A DNA stretch of 64,000 nucleotides from Candidatus Tayloriibacteriota bacterium (GTDB lineage Bacteria > Patescibacteriota > Minisyncoccia > Phycocordibacterales > PALSA-1337): the NCBI GenBank assembly GCA_028286665.1, contig JAQBRD010000026.1, forward strand, positions 7,967 to 71,966. Reading direction: 5' to 3'. Each line of letters starts with the position of its first letter. The first letter of the stretch is position 1. Made by a program: the position numbers and the translations under genes. This document shows positions 1-10,018 of the stretch, piece by piece. Under the pieces are notes generated by a model, which was given only the letters and a program-made list of their open reading frames with translations, searched no databases and was not told the DNA's origin.

Positions 1-519
1 ATGTACAAGCGATTCGGCAGCACGACAGTTGAAATTCAGAAGCGGGGAATCATCGTCTTCGTCATCGCCGCGAATATCTTGACGATCTTCGCGTTCACTA
101 CTCAGGTCACCTCATTCCACAAGGCGAAGAATATCAGCCTCGCGAAGCAGTACCAGTCTGAAAGCATCAAGTCTGAACAATATAATAGCGGATACGATAC
201 GTCAGGAGTCCGTTCGGAAATCAGCAAGAAATATTACGAGGAGACCTCAAGCAACAATAACCGGTCGAATACGCTCGTCTCGATTCTCTGGGCGGCGTAC
301 GCAGCGCTTCTTACTGCGATCGGCTTCATGCGTCGAATTGCGGCAGTCCGACGTCTTGGCCTCGTCCTCTTCGTACTCACGGCGCTCAAGGTGCTCTTTG
401 ACGTCTGGAGCCTCGGCGAGATCTATCGGATCGTCTCATTCATCGTCTTCGGCCTGATCGCGCTCATCGCTTCATTCGCATACGCAAAGTACAAGGATCG
501 CTTGAAGGAAATCGTCTAA
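1..519 (+). CDS. Polytopic membrane protein, hypothetical. It may be truncated at the window edge, because the reading frame is open at position 1.
   Basis: Four or more hydrophobic helices (for example LVSILWAAYAALLTAIGFM and IVSFIVFGLIALIASFAYA). No recognisable catalytic motif. Confidence 0.4.
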   Translation: MYKRFGSTTVEIQKRGIIVFVIAANILTIFAFTTQVTSFHKAKNISLAKQYQSESIKSEQYNSGYDTSGVRSEISKKYYEETSSNNNRSNTLVSILWAAYAALLTAIGFMRRIAAVRRLGLVLFVLTALKVLFDVWSLGEIYRIVSFIVFGLIALIASFAYAKYKDRLKEIV

Positions 520-527
520 TACATCAT

Positions 528-1865
528 ATGAAACATACATCTACATCGAAATTGCGATCGAATGCGGCGGCGCTTATCATGGTTGCAGCGTTGTTTGCTG
601 GCGCGGGAATCGCTCATGCCGCATTCAGCCCTGATGCGTGGAAATACATGCGGACGGTCACGATCCCTGCAGGAAGCGGGCAGAGCAGCTTCGCCAAAGT
701 CGTCCTTCCATCTGATATTTCCCGCACCGCTGAGGGATTCGCAGATATTCGCATCCTGAATCAAGATGGCATCGAAACCCCATATCTTCTGACGAGAAGC
801 ATTTCGCAGAAGGGTGATGTCATGACTCCGCGATTGCTCGACATGGGAACGGTTGGCGGAGAGACGCGCTTTGTCGCTGATGTCGGCCAGAACGGCCTCG
901 TGCATAGCGGCATGTCGATCGATGCTGCATCGAAAAATTTCAAGCGGCAGGTGAAAGTGTACGCATCGCATTGGCCGATCGCGGTCGACAGCTCGGAGTG
1001 GGCGCTCATCACTGATAAGGGATATATCTTCAAATTCACCGATCCACAGACTGGCTATGTCGCTGGAAAGAATGAAGTCAGCTTTCCGGCAAGTTCAGCG
1101 CGATATTTGAAAGTGGTCATCAGCAGCGGCGAGGAAGGTCCGGTGGCCGTTTCGAATGCGGTGCTTTATGGAGATTCGCATGTCGATGTTCCGACGACGG
1201 TGAAGGAGTTTCCGGTGAGCGTATTCAATAACCCAACGAAGCGCGCTACGGAAATCACTGTCGATCTCGGCGGTCCGGGCAATCTCACGAATGCGATCTC
1301 GCTCAATACTGAAGACAGGAATTACAGCCGGCGAGTCATCATCGAATCGTCCAATTCGAATGGCGCGACATCGACTTGGCGGTATGTCGGCCAAGGATCC
1401 ATCTCGAATGTCTCGACATCCATGTTCGCCGGCTCATCGAATCGAATCGCCTATTCGGAACAGAAATCCCGATTCATCCGGGCATCTATCGTGAATGATG
1501 ACAATCGTCCGCTCGCAGTCGGCGCTGCGGCTTCGATAGAAAGTCCGGTCATATCGGCGGTCTTCGAAACCAGGCCAGGCGAGGCATACCGCCTTTATTA
1601 TGGAAATCCGCTGGCTGTCGTTCCGGTATATGATATCGCGAGGATGGCTTCATACCTCGAAGAGAATAAGATCCCTTCGGCTTTCCTCAGCGACGAAACG
1701 GATAACGCTGCCTATGTCATTCCGCAGGGCCCGGTCGTCCCATTCACCGAATCCCACCAATGGCTGCTCAATGCGCTGCTCGTCATCGTGGTTCTTATCA
1801 TCGGCGGAGGGGTGGCATGGTATCTGCGCACATATATGAATAATTCCCAAAGCAATGCAAAATAA
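528..1865 (+). CDS. Secreted hypothetical protein with a C-terminal membrane anchor.
   Basis: N-terminal signal-like segment (LIMVAALFAGAGIAHA) and C-terminal TM helix (LLNALLVIVVLIIGGGVAWYL). Coding-like composition throughout 445 aa. The antisense 349-aa ORF 1650..2699 is treated as a shadow ORF. Confidence 0.5.
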   Translation: MKHTSTSKLRSNAAALIMVAALFAGAGIAHAAFSPDAWKYMRTVTIPAGSGQSSFAKVVLPSDISRTAEGFADIRILNQDGIETPYLLTRSISQKGDVMTPRLLDMGTVGGETRFVADVGQNGLVHSGMSIDAASKNFKRQVKVYASHWPIAVDSSEWALITDKGYIFKFTDPQTGYVAGKNEVSFPASSARYLKVVISSGEEGPVAVSNAVLYGDSHVDVPTTVKEFPVSVFNNPTKRATEITVDLGGPGNLTNAISLNTEDRNYSRRVIIESSNSNGATSTWRYVGQGSISNVSTSMFAGSSNRIAYSEQKSRFIRASIVNDDNRPLAVGAAASIESPVISAVFETRPGEAYRLYYGNPLAVVPVYDIARMASYLEENKIPSAFLSDETDNAAYVIPQGPVVPFTESHQWLLNALLVIVVLIIGGGVAWYLRTYMNNSQSNAK

Positions 1866-2106
1866 GATCTGGTTCAAGGCGAAGCGATACGGCTGGGGCT
1901 GGAGGCCGGTGACATGGCAGGGATGGCTGATCCTCCTCGCATATCTCGCGCTTGTCGTCGGAGCATTCCTGCTCACCGACAGCGAATCCCATTCCGATTC
2001 CGATACGCTCATTTCATTCGCCTTGCCGTTCATTCTGCTTACCTTCTGCCTGATCGCGATCTGCCATAAGACCGGAGAGAAATCAGGAGAAAAAATACCA
2101 AAATAA
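1855..2106 (+). CDS. Small two-TM membrane protein, hypothetical.
   Basis: 83 aa with two hydrophobic helices. Overlaps the stop of the upstream gene by 11 nt, suggesting co-transcription. Confidence 0.35.
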   Translation: MQNKIWFKAKRYGWGWRPVTWQGWLILLAYLALVVGAFLLTDSESHSDSDTLISFALPFILLTFCLIAICHKTGEKSGEKIPK

Positions 2107-2120
2107 ACTAAACGAAACAT

Positions 2121-3122
2121 ATGACACAGAAAACCCTCGACGCAGCGCCCATAATTCTCGAAGCGGTCAGAGCCTCGAAGAATATCCTGCTTCACTGCCA
2201 CCCTTCGCCTGATCCGGATAGCGTCTGCTCCGCGCTTGCCATGAAGTCTGCGCTCGAGCAGCTCGGCAAGCAGGCGACGATCATCTCGGGAGATTCGAAT
2301 ATTCCTGCAGCTTTTTCGCATTTTCCAGGATTCAGCTCGATCCTCCAGAAGAGCATCGGCGAAATCGATCTCGCGGCATATGATCTCTTCATCGCGCAGG
2401 ATTCCGGGTCGATCGGGATGGTATCGCGGAAAACCGCTGTCGTCTTTCCTCCGACGATGAAAGTCGTCGTGATCGATCATCATGCGACGAATACGGGCTA
2501 CGGCCATATCAATCTCGTCGATGCAGCATATCCTGCGGTCGCGCAGATGCTTTCCGATATCTTTTCGGTTTGGGGTATCGTCATGAATCAGGAGATCGCT
2601 TCGAATCTCATGATCGGACTGTTCACGGATACCGGTGGCTTCCGATATGGGGCTATGCCGTCTGAAACGTTCGCATGCGCGGCGGAGCTCGTGAAGCATG
2701 TTCCGAATTTCAATCAGCTCATCTCCACGATGGAGAATAGCAATACGCCGGATACGCTCATCTTCCAGGCTCTCGCGCTTTCATCGATCGAAACGCATTT
2801 CGGAGGCAATCTCGCCATCTCGGCCGTTCCATACAGCGCCATCAAATCCAAAGGCATCGATATCCAAGCGATCAGCGGAGCGGTGATCGCGAATCTGCTC
2901 AAATCCGTCATCGGCTGGAATGTCGCGGTATCGCTCGTCGAAGAGGAGCCGAACAAAGTGAAGCTCAGCTTCCGCACGCGCGACGCCGCGAAATTCGACG
3001 TATCGAAGATCGCAGTGAAAGTCGGCGGCGGAGGCCATAAGGCCGCCGCCGGAGCATTGATCGAAGCACCGTTCGAAGAGGCGAAGAAGCGGGTGATCGA
3101 CGCGGCCGGCCAATCCATGTAA
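2121..3122 (+). CDS. nrnA: DHH/DHHA1-family phosphoesterase, NrnA-like oligoribonuclease / pAp phosphatase.
   Basis: DHH motifs (HCHPSPDPDSVCSALAM and VVIDHHATN) and the DHHA1 GGGGH motif (KVGGGGHKAAAG). Confidence 0.75.
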   Translation: MTQKTLDAAPIILEAVRASKNILLHCHPSPDPDSVCSALAMKSALEQLGKQATIISGDSNIPAAFSHFPGFSSILQKSIGEIDLAAYDLFIAQDSGSIGMVSRKTAVVFPPTMKVVVIDHHATNTGYGHINLVDAAYPAVAQMLSDIFSVWGIVMNQEIASNLMIGLFTDTGGFRYGAMPSETFACAAELVKHVPNFNQLISTMENSNTPDTLIFQALALSSIETHFGGNLAISAVPYSAIKSKGIDIQAISGAVIANLLKSVIGWNVAVSLVEEEPNKVKLSFRTRDAAKFDVSKIAVKVGGGGHKAAAGALIEAPFEEAKKRVIDAAGQSM

Positions 3123-3133
3123 AATAGGAATAT

Positions 3134-3763
3134 ATGAAACAAGGAACAATAGTTATTTCAGTCATTATCATAGGAGTGCTTGCGGGCGTATATTACATGT
3201 CGAAGAGCCCGGCTTCGACCAGCTCTGCGGTTTCTGCGCCGGTTTCAGCGAATTCAACTTCAACTAATAATCCAACAAAAAATCTCATGCATACAATCAC
3301 CATCGAAACGAACAGGGGAGTCATCGTGTTCCAGACCTATGACGCTGACGCTCCGAAGACCTCGGCGAATTTCGTGACGCTCGCGAATAAGGGCTTTTAT
3401 GACGGCGTCATCTTCCACCGAGTCATTGAAGGCTTCATGATCCAGGGCGGAGATCCTACCGGCACAGGAACCGGTGGTCCAGGCTACAAGTTCGCAGATG
3501 AGCTCGATCCGAATACCGCTTCAGCGAAAGCTGGCTATGTCCGCGGCACAGTTGCGATGGCGAATTCCGGTCCGAATACCAATGGCAGCCAGTTCTTCAT
3601 CATGCACAAGGATTATCCGCTGCCGCTCAACTATACTATTTTCGGCAAGGTCATCTCCGGCATGGATGTCGTCGACGCTATCGCTACCAGCAAGGTGGAC
3701 GGCAGCGATAAGCCGGTTGATCCTGTCATCATGAAGAAGGTCACCGTCGCAGAGAGCAAGTAA
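3134..3763 (+). CDS. ppiB: Cyclophilin-type peptidyl-prolyl cis-trans isomerase with an N-terminal membrane/signal anchor.
   Basis: Cyclophilin signatures HRVIEGFMIQGGDPTGTGTGGPGYKFADE and VAMANSGPNTNGSQFFI. N-terminal hydrophobic segment IVISVIIIGVLAGVYY. Confidence 0.85.
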   Translation: MKQGTIVISVIIIGVLAGVYYMSKSPASTSSAVSAPVSANSTSTNNPTKNLMHTITIETNRGVIVFQTYDADAPKTSANFVTLANKGFYDGVIFHRVIEGFMIQGGDPTGTGTGGPGYKFADELDPNTASAKAGYVRGTVAMANSGPNTNGSQFFIMHKDYPLPLNYTIFGKVISGMDVVDAIATSKVDGSDKPVDPVIMKKVTVAESK

Positions 3764-3878
3764 TACAAAGAAAAAGAGCATCTGAGAGGGCTCTCCGCAG
3801 ACCGATGAGGTCGAGGAGGAGCTGGTCGGCCAGTGAGGCCGGAACAGCGTACCCGAGCAGATGCTCTTTTTCTTTGTA
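3764..3878. repeat. Long perfect inverted repeat filling the whole gap between the convergent ppiase and pyk genes. Arms are 21 bp (tacaaagaaaaagagcatctg / cagatgctctttttctttgta) with a 73-nt spacer. Probably a bidirectional terminator or a structured element.
   Basis: Arms at 3764..3784 and 3858..3878 are exact reverse complements, flanked directly by two stop codons. Confidence 0.5.
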
Positions 3879-5270
3879 TTACGCGAGTTCCTTGTACTGG
3901 ACTGTCTTGAAAGTGACGCCGTTTGCGTCGTCTTCGACTACGGTCACTCGGTCGGTAGGAGCGAATGAGCCTGCATCGATGTTCTTCACGAGCGTCTTCA
4001 TTGAGGCTGCCTCGAGATGAATAGGTCGGACCGCATAGTAGAGCATGAGCTTCCGTGCCTCGATTTCTTCGTTGCACGCTGCGATGACGATGCATGACGG
4101 ACGATATGCTGAGAGGGCGTAATAGAGCGCCGGATCTGTGACGGTCGCGAGGATGGCCTTCGAACCTTCCTTCTTCGCATGGCTGGTGATCTCCTTCGCC
4201 TTCGCATAGACCGGAGTATTCACTTCTGGTCCGAATGCGTAGTGGGTGAGGTCGTCGATCTTGCTTTCGGTATAGACCATGACTCGGCTCATGAGAGAGG
4301 TCGCTTCGACAGGATACTCTCCGTATGCGGTTTCTCCTGACATCGATACCGCTCCGCTGCCTTCGAGGACCGCGTTAGCGACGTCGAGGACTTCGGCTCG
4401 GGTAGGGCGAGGGTTCTTGATCATGCTGTCGAGGACCTGGGTGGCTACGACTGAAGCTTTGCCTTTCTTCATTGCGGCTTCGACCATCTTCTTCTGCATG
4501 AATGGCATTTCTTCGAATGGGACTTCTGCTCCGAGATCTCCTCGCGCGACCATGAGGCCGTCGCTGTAGTTGAGGATCTCTTCAGTATTGTCGAATCCTT
4601 CGCGGTTCTCGATCTTCGAGATGACCTGCGGCTTGTAGCCAGGGAACTGATCAGTGATCGCCTTGATATCGAGAAGATCCTGCTTTCCTCGGACGAATGA
4701 GTGGATGATGAATTCGATATTATGCTTTCCGCACCATCGGATGAAGCTCTTGTCCTTCTCTGTGAGGGCGGGGAGCTCGATGTGGACGCCGGGAACGTTG
4801 ACGCTCTTTTTATTCTTCACAGTTCCGGTATTCTGAGCGACGCACTTGAGAGAGTCGCCTTCCTTCGCAGTCACGGTGAAACCGATAGTCGCATCATCGT
4901 AGAGGATGACGGTTCCGACGGGTACTTCGTTGTGGAAATTCGGATAGTCGACATGGAGCATCTGCGCTCCGTCATTGTGGTGATCGAGGTTTCCGCTGAT
5001 GTGGATGACGTCGCCTGATTTCACAGGGAATGGATTCTCGAGGTTTTTCGTACGGACTTCAGGGCCTTTCGTGTCGATCATGAGCGCGACATGCGGAGAG
5101 ACGGACTTGATTCGGGCAATGAGGGCTTCTGCGTCTGCTTCGCCCTGGTGAGCGGTGTTGAGCCAAGCGATATCGAGGCCGGCGTCGAATACGGATTTGA
5201 GGAAAGCCTCATCGGACTTGTTGTCTGCGATTTTTCCGAGGATTTTTGATTTTCTAAAATTGATTTTCAT
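3879..5270 (-). CDS. pyk: Pyruvate kinase.
   Basis: MIDTKGPEVRT matches the PK signature LDTKGPEIR. The MVARGDLGAEVPFEEMPFMQKKM active-site region is present. Start placed at MKINFRKSKILGKI (ATG at 5268..5270). The longer track ORF to 5420 adds a non-homologous leader. Confidence 0.85.
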   Translation of the reverse strand: MKINFRKSKILGKIADNKSDEAFLKSVFDAGLDIAWLNTAHQGEADAEALIARIKSVSPHVALMIDTKGPEVRTKNLENPFPVKSGDVIHISGNLDHHNDGAQMLHVDYPNFHNEVPVGTVILYDDATIGFTVTAKEGDSLKCVAQNTGTVKNKKSVNVPGVHIELPALTEKDKSFIRWCGKHNIEFIIHSFVRGKQDLLDIKAITDQFPGYKPQVISKIENREGFDNTEEILNYSDGLMVARGDLGAEVPFEEMPFMQKKMVEAAMKKGKASVVATQVLDSMIKNPRPTRAEVLDVANAVLEGSGAVSMSGETAYGEYPVEATSLMSRVMVYTESKIDDLTHYAFGPEVNTPVYAKAKEITSHAKKEGSKAILATVTDPALYYALSAYRPSCIVIAACNEEIEARKLMLYYAVRPIHLEAASMKTLVKNIDAGSFAPTDRVTVVEDDANGVTFKTVQYKELA

Positions 5271-5463
5271 ATGATAATTAGCTAAAGATAAATGGAGCGC
5301 AAAACAATGCGGATAGAATCTTATCAAAAAAAAGCCCATTTCACAAGCTTCGTTTCCATGGAGGAATTGGCTGCTCGGAGGTTTTTCGCAAGTTATGAAT
5401 TTTATATGAACTTTTCGCAATTTACGCTATTGCGGTTATGAGTCAATCTACTATAATGCACAT

Positions 5464-6243
5464 ATGAATTCATACATTATCACTGATACGGACAAGCTGC
5501 TCGATTTCGTTACCGAACAGAATATATACCAGAAATCTGGCAGCGATTCTGTAGCGAAGGGAATCCGACAATACCCGCTCAAAATCCATGACCTTCCGGA
5601 GGATTCGCGCCCGCGCGAAAAGCTCATGAAGCAAGGACCTGAAGCGCTTACGTTACCCGAACTCCTCGCAGTCATACTTGGTACTGGTTCTACGAAAGAA
5701 CCTCTCCTTTCCATGTCCAATCGCATCATCCGAGAATACGGAGAACGAAGCGTTATTTCTGAGAATAATGCGAAGAAGCTCGCTGAAGACCTCAGCATTC
5801 CTGAGGGAAAAGCCTGTCAGATCGTTGCATGCGGAGAGATCGGACGCCGGCTGTATCAGAAAAACTCATCAGGATTCACTGTTATCAGAAGCGCACAGGA
5901 CGTGCACGAGTATCTCAGGGACATGCACAATCTCCCCAAGGAGCATTTGCGCGGTCTGTATCTCAATTCGCACAACCGCATCATCCATGATGAGGTGATT
6001 TCCATCGGAACTATCAACGCGAATCTCGTCCATCCGCGAGAAGTCTTCCGTCCGGCGGTAGAATACAGCGCTGCAGCTATCGTCCTCGCGCACAACCATC
6101 CTTCGGGGGTGCTCACTCCAAGCGCACAGGACGTTGAGATAACCAACCAGCTCATTGAAGCTGGAAAGGTCATCGGCATCAATATTCTCGATCACGTCAT
6201 CATCACGAAGGATTCGTTCTCGAGCATCAGTGCGAATTATTAA
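5464..6243 (+). CDS. radC: RadC-like JAB/MPN-domain protein (UPF0758).
   Basis: HhH region (LPELLAVILGTGS) and JAMM motif (LAHNHPSGVLTPSAQDVEITNQL). TATAAT is immediately upstream (ctactataat at ~5448). Confidence 0.8.
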   Translation: MNSYIITDTDKLLDFVTEQNIYQKSGSDSVAKGIRQYPLKIHDLPEDSRPREKLMKQGPEALTLPELLAVILGTGSTKEPLLSMSNRIIREYGERSVISENNAKKLAEDLSIPEGKACQIVACGEIGRRLYQKNSSGFTVIRSAQDVHEYLRDMHNLPKEHLRGLYLNSHNRIIHDEVISIGTINANLVHPREVFRPAVEYSAAAIVLAHNHPSGVLTPSAQDVEITNQLIEAGKVIGINILDHVIITKDSFSSISANY

Positions 6244-6279
6244 TTCCTTAATCCGCTTTCTAAAAAAGTATTTTTCAAC

Positions 6280-6657
6280 ATGTCTAATTATACGATCACG
6301 TCACCTTCGATCGAGTCGCTCATATCTGAAGATGCGCTTTACTTCGAAGGCATCAAGCGTCCGCTCATCGCTTTTGCTCTGAGGGAAGATATGCAGGCGT
6401 CGAAGAAATTCGCCGAAGGCCGGAAAGCAACAGAATTTCCGACTCTCGATTCCCACGAGCATATCGCTATTCTTGAGCGATATTTCAACGATATATACAG
6501 CTTATTTTTGAAGAAGATCGCGATTTTTTCAGGAGAAGATTCTGTTTCGGGCGATTCTGCAACAAAACTCCAAGCGCTTCTGCAGGAAATGATCAAGGTA
6601 AAGGGCCTGATCGAAGCCGCGAGTTCTGCATCAGTCGGCAGATCTCTGAAAGAATAA
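6280..6657 (+). CDS. Hypothetical protein.
   Basis: 125-aa ORF with coding-like composition. No motif recognised. Confidence 0.35.
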   Translation: MSNYTITSPSIESLISEDALYFEGIKRPLIAFALREDMQASKKFAEGRKATEFPTLDSHEHIAILERYFNDIYSLFLKKIAIFSGEDSVSGDSATKLQALLQEMIKVKGLIEAASSASVGRSLKE

Positions 6658-6718
6658 GCTCGCAGGCTTCTTGTCCGCCTTTTATGCGGGTGACCCAGAG
6701 TGAGCTATAATAGTCGAA

Positions 6719-8191
6719 ATGGGCTATAAAGACTTCTTTAAGAGCAAACGCATAGCCGTAGTCGGCGTCGGGGAGCATGGTTCGATGCTGCCTGATATTC
6801 GCTTTCTCTTGAAGCTCAAAGCATGCGTATCCATATACGATATCCGAAGCAGGGATAAGCTCGGCGGCGATGAGTCTGGCAGCGTAGCGAAAGAGATCGA
6901 GAATATCTGCATCGCAGCGCAAATCGGCGCACCGGCGTCCTGCCAATTCGGCCTCATCGGACTCATGTCTGATGCTGCTGCTCGGAAAAGTTTCGAGAAT
7001 GAGCTGGCCGAATCGGACCTTATCATCCTCGCTCCGGACATCTCACGAAGTTCAGGTTTCCTGAAACAAGCGATCACCGCTGGCGTTCGCATCGAATATT
7101 CAGACACGCTCCTTTTCAAGCTCATTCCTTCGACGATGCTTGTCGGCGTCATGGGATCCGCTGGAAAATCCGCAGTCTCAGCGATGCTCTACGATATTCT
7201 CCGCCGAGCGGGGAGGAAAACCGTCGATGCTGAAACGGACGAGGTCCGAGAAGAGACGCGAACCGGCGCTGGCGTCTTTCATGTCGACGTCGAATCCGGA
7301 GATGTGCTTTCCGCGCTGAAAAAGATCAAGAAGGACGATATCATCATAGCTCGAATGCCGGAGCATCTCATGGATGAATATCGCATAGCGCGCATAACGC
7401 CGCATGTTGCGGTGCTGACGCATGTTTCCAAATCTCTTGCGGAAATGGGAAAGGAGTTTTTCGGCATCCTTGAATTTCAGACCTACAATTCTTTCATCGT
7501 CGCGAGCGACCTTGCCGTAGACATGCTGAAGAAAAGCGGAGGATTCCAGCCTCGGGCGAAGATCATCCGCACCAGGCCTGCGACGATACCGTCGGATTGG
7601 CATATCAGGATGCCGAATGCGCACGCGCGAGATAATGCCACTCTGGCTATCGAGGCCGCGCTTATTTTCAAGATCGAGCCGGACATCATCCATTTGGCGC
7701 TCGCTGACGTGAAGCAGCTCAAGGGCAGGCTTGAAAAGGTCCGGACCAGCAAGAACGGCGTCGAATTCTACAATGACTCGATGTCTGCGCGCCCCGAAGC
7801 GACGCTTGCCGCCCTGCGCGCACTTGGCGCTACCGGCGAGCGCCGGAGCATCGTCCTCATCATGGGCGGATCATATACCGGAGTTTCGTATGAGGAACTC
7901 ATCAGCCATATTCCGCAATATGTCTCGACTCTCATCCTCCTGCCTGGCAGCGGAACGCTTACCGAGCGGCAGGCTTTCGAAAAGCTCGCTGATGAGGAAC
8001 AGCCTATGCCAGGCAAGACGCATCCGAAGGTTTCATATGTGAAGACTATCGCTGAAGGGATGGCTGTCGCTCAAGCTTCTGCAGGAAAAGGCGACAGGGT
8101 GCTTTTCAGCCCCGCCTTTGATATTGTCGGTTTTGAATCGAAATTGGAGCGCGGCGAAGAATTCATTCGGCTCGTGAAAGGAATACATTAG
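6719..8191 (+). CDS. murD: Mur ligase, most like UDP-N-acetylmuramoylalanine--D-glutamate ligase.
   Basis: N-terminal Rossmann-like IAVVGVGEHG...RFLLKLKACV, P-loop-like VGVMGSAGKSAV, and MurD-like C-terminal YNDSMSARPEATLAAL. A TATAAT box lies upstream (~6704). Confidence 0.65.
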   Translation: MGYKDFFKSKRIAVVGVGEHGSMLPDIRFLLKLKACVSIYDIRSRDKLGGDESGSVAKEIENICIAAQIGAPASCQFGLIGLMSDAAARKSFENELAESDLIILAPDISRSSGFLKQAITAGVRIEYSDTLLFKLIPSTMLVGVMGSAGKSAVSAMLYDILRRAGRKTVDAETDEVREETRTGAGVFHVDVESGDVLSALKKIKKDDIIIARMPEHLMDEYRIARITPHVAVLTHVSKSLAEMGKEFFGILEFQTYNSFIVASDLAVDMLKKSGGFQPRAKIIRTRPATIPSDWHIRMPNAHARDNATLAIEAALIFKIEPDIIHLALADVKQLKGRLEKVRTSKNGVEFYNDSMSARPEATLAALRALGATGERRSIVLIMGGSYTGVSYEELISHIPQYVSTLILLPGSGTLTERQAFEKLADEEQPMPGKTHPKVSYVKTIAEGMAVAQASAGKGDRVLFSPAFDIVGFESKLERGEEFIRLVKGIH

Positions 8192-8200
8192 GAGGCAGCC

Positions 8201-9502
8201 TTACATCGAAGAGATGTCTCTCGGATAGAAAAGATCCACGGTCCATTCCGCCGCGATGCGGAAGCGCTTGCGCCATGAGTGGAAATTGAATAAGTAAATA
8301 GTTCTCCAGAGCCACCACATGAAGGGGCCTTTGAGCGTGACGCCGTGGATGCTGCCGACGGCGTACCATTTGCCGAGGGAAGCGAGGAGACCCTTCTGCT
8401 TGAAGGAGAATGGCTTCATGTGCTCAGGCTTGCTTTCGATGACTGCGGTGATATTTCGTGCCACGATCTTCGCCTGCTGCGAAGCTACTTGCGCGAGCAT
8501 CGGATACGTTCCGGAAGCGTCGCCGAGAGCGAAGATTTCTGGCCTGCCGACGACGCGGAGGAGCTCATCGATCTTGATCCGATTGCCGCGCTCACGCTCG
8601 GCTCCTGGAATGTCCCATTGCGTGGCAGCAACTCCTGCTACCCAGATGATGGTCTGCGCAAGGATGACGGATTCGATGACTGCTGTCTGCGTGATATGCG
8701 GAACGGGACTGCCTGGTGCTGCGGGAGCAATCACTGCCGGCTTTCCGGTTCTGACTTCGTGATTCGCCACCTCGATGACGTTGACGCCAAGTCGGACATC
8801 GACTCCTCGCTTCTTCAATTCTTCGAGGGCTATCGCGCGCATTTCCTGAGGGAACACTGGGAGGAGGTCTGGACTGCTCGCGACGAGGGTGACGGTCATG
8901 TCGCCGCTATCGAAACAGGCGTGGTGATAGTACGAGCAAAGAGTGTCGCGCATGAATTCGATCAGTTCTGCCGCGAGTTCGACGCCGGTCGCGCCGCCGC
9001 CGACGATCAATACCGAAAGGAGGCGGCGGCGCTCCTCTATATCCGTCGTCATCGCTGCCTTCTCGCAGGCTTTGATGAGCGCGGTTCGGATGTTGATCGC
9101 ATCGCTGAGGTCCTTGAGAGTGAGGGAATATTTCTCTGCGCCGGGCACGCCGTAGTAATTCGTCGTCGCGCCGGAGCTCACGACGAGGTAATCGTATGCG
9201 ATCGGACCTGAACTCGTCTTCACGAGCTTCTTGTCGGCATCGATGCCTTTCACTTCAGCCTGCACGAAGTGCACGTTGCTGCCGCGGAGGATTTCACGGA
9301 TAGGCTCGACGACCGAGTGCGAGCTCAATGCTCCTGTGGCGACTTCGTGCAGCAGGGGAGTGAAGAGGAAATAGTTATCGCGATTGATGATCGTAACTTC
9401 CGCGATGCCTTTCTCGACGATAGGCTTCAGATGTCGCGCGGTATATACTCCGCCGAAACCTCCTCCGACGATGACGATGCGTGGTATGCTCATGCCGTAC
9501 AT
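8201..9502 (-). CDS. ndh: Type II NADH dehydrogenase / FAD-dependent pyridine nucleotide-disulfide oxidoreductase.
   Basis: N-terminal FAD-binding IVIVGGGFGGVYTARHL and a second dinucleotide fold LIVGGGATGVELAAEL. Start could be the internal Met at 9493. Confidence 0.8.
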   Translation of the reverse strand: MYGMSIPRIVIVGGGFGGVYTARHLKPIVEKGIAEVTIINRDNYFLFTPLLHEVATGALSSHSVVEPIREILRGSNVHFVQAEVKGIDADKKLVKTSSGPIAYDYLVVSSGATTNYYGVPGAEKYSLTLKDLSDAINIRTALIKACEKAAMTTDIEERRRLLSVLIVGGGATGVELAAELIEFMRDTLCSYYHHACFDSGDMTVTLVASSPDLLPVFPQEMRAIALEELKKRGVDVRLGVNVIEVANHEVRTGKPAVIAPAAPGSPVPHITQTAVIESVILAQTIIWVAGVAATQWDIPGAERERGNRIKIDELLRVVGRPEIFALGDASGTYPMLAQVASQQAKIVARNITAVIESKPEHMKPFSFKQKGLLASLGKWYAVGSIHGVTLKGPFMWWLWRTIYLFNFHSWRKRFRIAAEWTVDLFYPRDISSM

Positions 9503-9511
9503 TATATATGA

Positions 9512-9964
9512 TTATCGGCCTGTCGACGATGCCGTATCAGGACGACTTGCTGGGCGAAGCTGGATCGATTGGGCAGTGACGCTTCCGTCGCTATTGGCAG
9601 AGCCGCTCACCATCACCTGGGTATTCGTCTGGATATCGTCGACAGTTCCGGTAGCTGTCTTCATTATTGCGGTATTTGCTCCGAAGAATACGATCTTCGA
9701 GCCGCCTTCCCGAAGGCTGATCGTGATGCTCTTGTCGTCTTTGGAGATGACTGATCCTGTGATTAAATTGCCGCGCATATTCATGCCGCTGCCTGCGCCT
9801 CTCGTGCCGCCGTTCCTATTTCCGAATGCAGCGCCTGCTGCGCTGTTTTGTGCGCCTGACTGGGCCTGCGCCGCTGTTCCATTCTTTCCGTATGCATTTC
9901 CTGCATAAAAAGCGGCAGCTGCGAGCACTACCATTCCTACGACTATCTTTGTCTTCATGTTCAT
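9512..9964 (-). CDS. Small secreted Gly/Ala/Ser-rich hypothetical protein. It is the last gene of the efflux operon.
   Basis: Signal peptide MNMKTKIVVGMVVLAAAAFYAGNAYG. Start set at the MNMK Met, and the ATG was checked in the sequence. Confidence 0.4.
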   Translation of the reverse strand: MNMKTKIVVGMVVLAAAAFYAGNAYGKNGTAAQAQSGAQNSAAGAAFGNRNGGTRGAGSGMNMRGNLITGSVISKDDKSITISLREGGSKIVFFGANTAIMKTATGTVDDIQTNTQVMVSGSANSDGSVTAQSIQLRPASRPDTASSTGR

Positions 9965-10018
9965 ATGATATATTGAGTTTATTATTTGAATAAGATTCTG
10001 CATATATTCTATTGCGCG

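Noticed and set aside
1650-2699. 349-aa minus-strand ORF spanning the 528..1865 and 2121..3122 genes.
   Set aside because: It is antisense to two well-supported genes (signal-peptide protein and NrnA with DHH/GGGH motifs). The product is Arg/Asp-rich low complexity with no motifs, typical of a shadow ORF in a biased-codon genome.
5271-5420. N-terminal 50-codon extension of the pyruvate kinase ORF.
   Set aside because: PK homology starts at MKINFRKSKILGKI. The extension (…FLIRFYPHCFALHLSLANYH) is not PK-like and lies in the AT-rich divergent promoter region.
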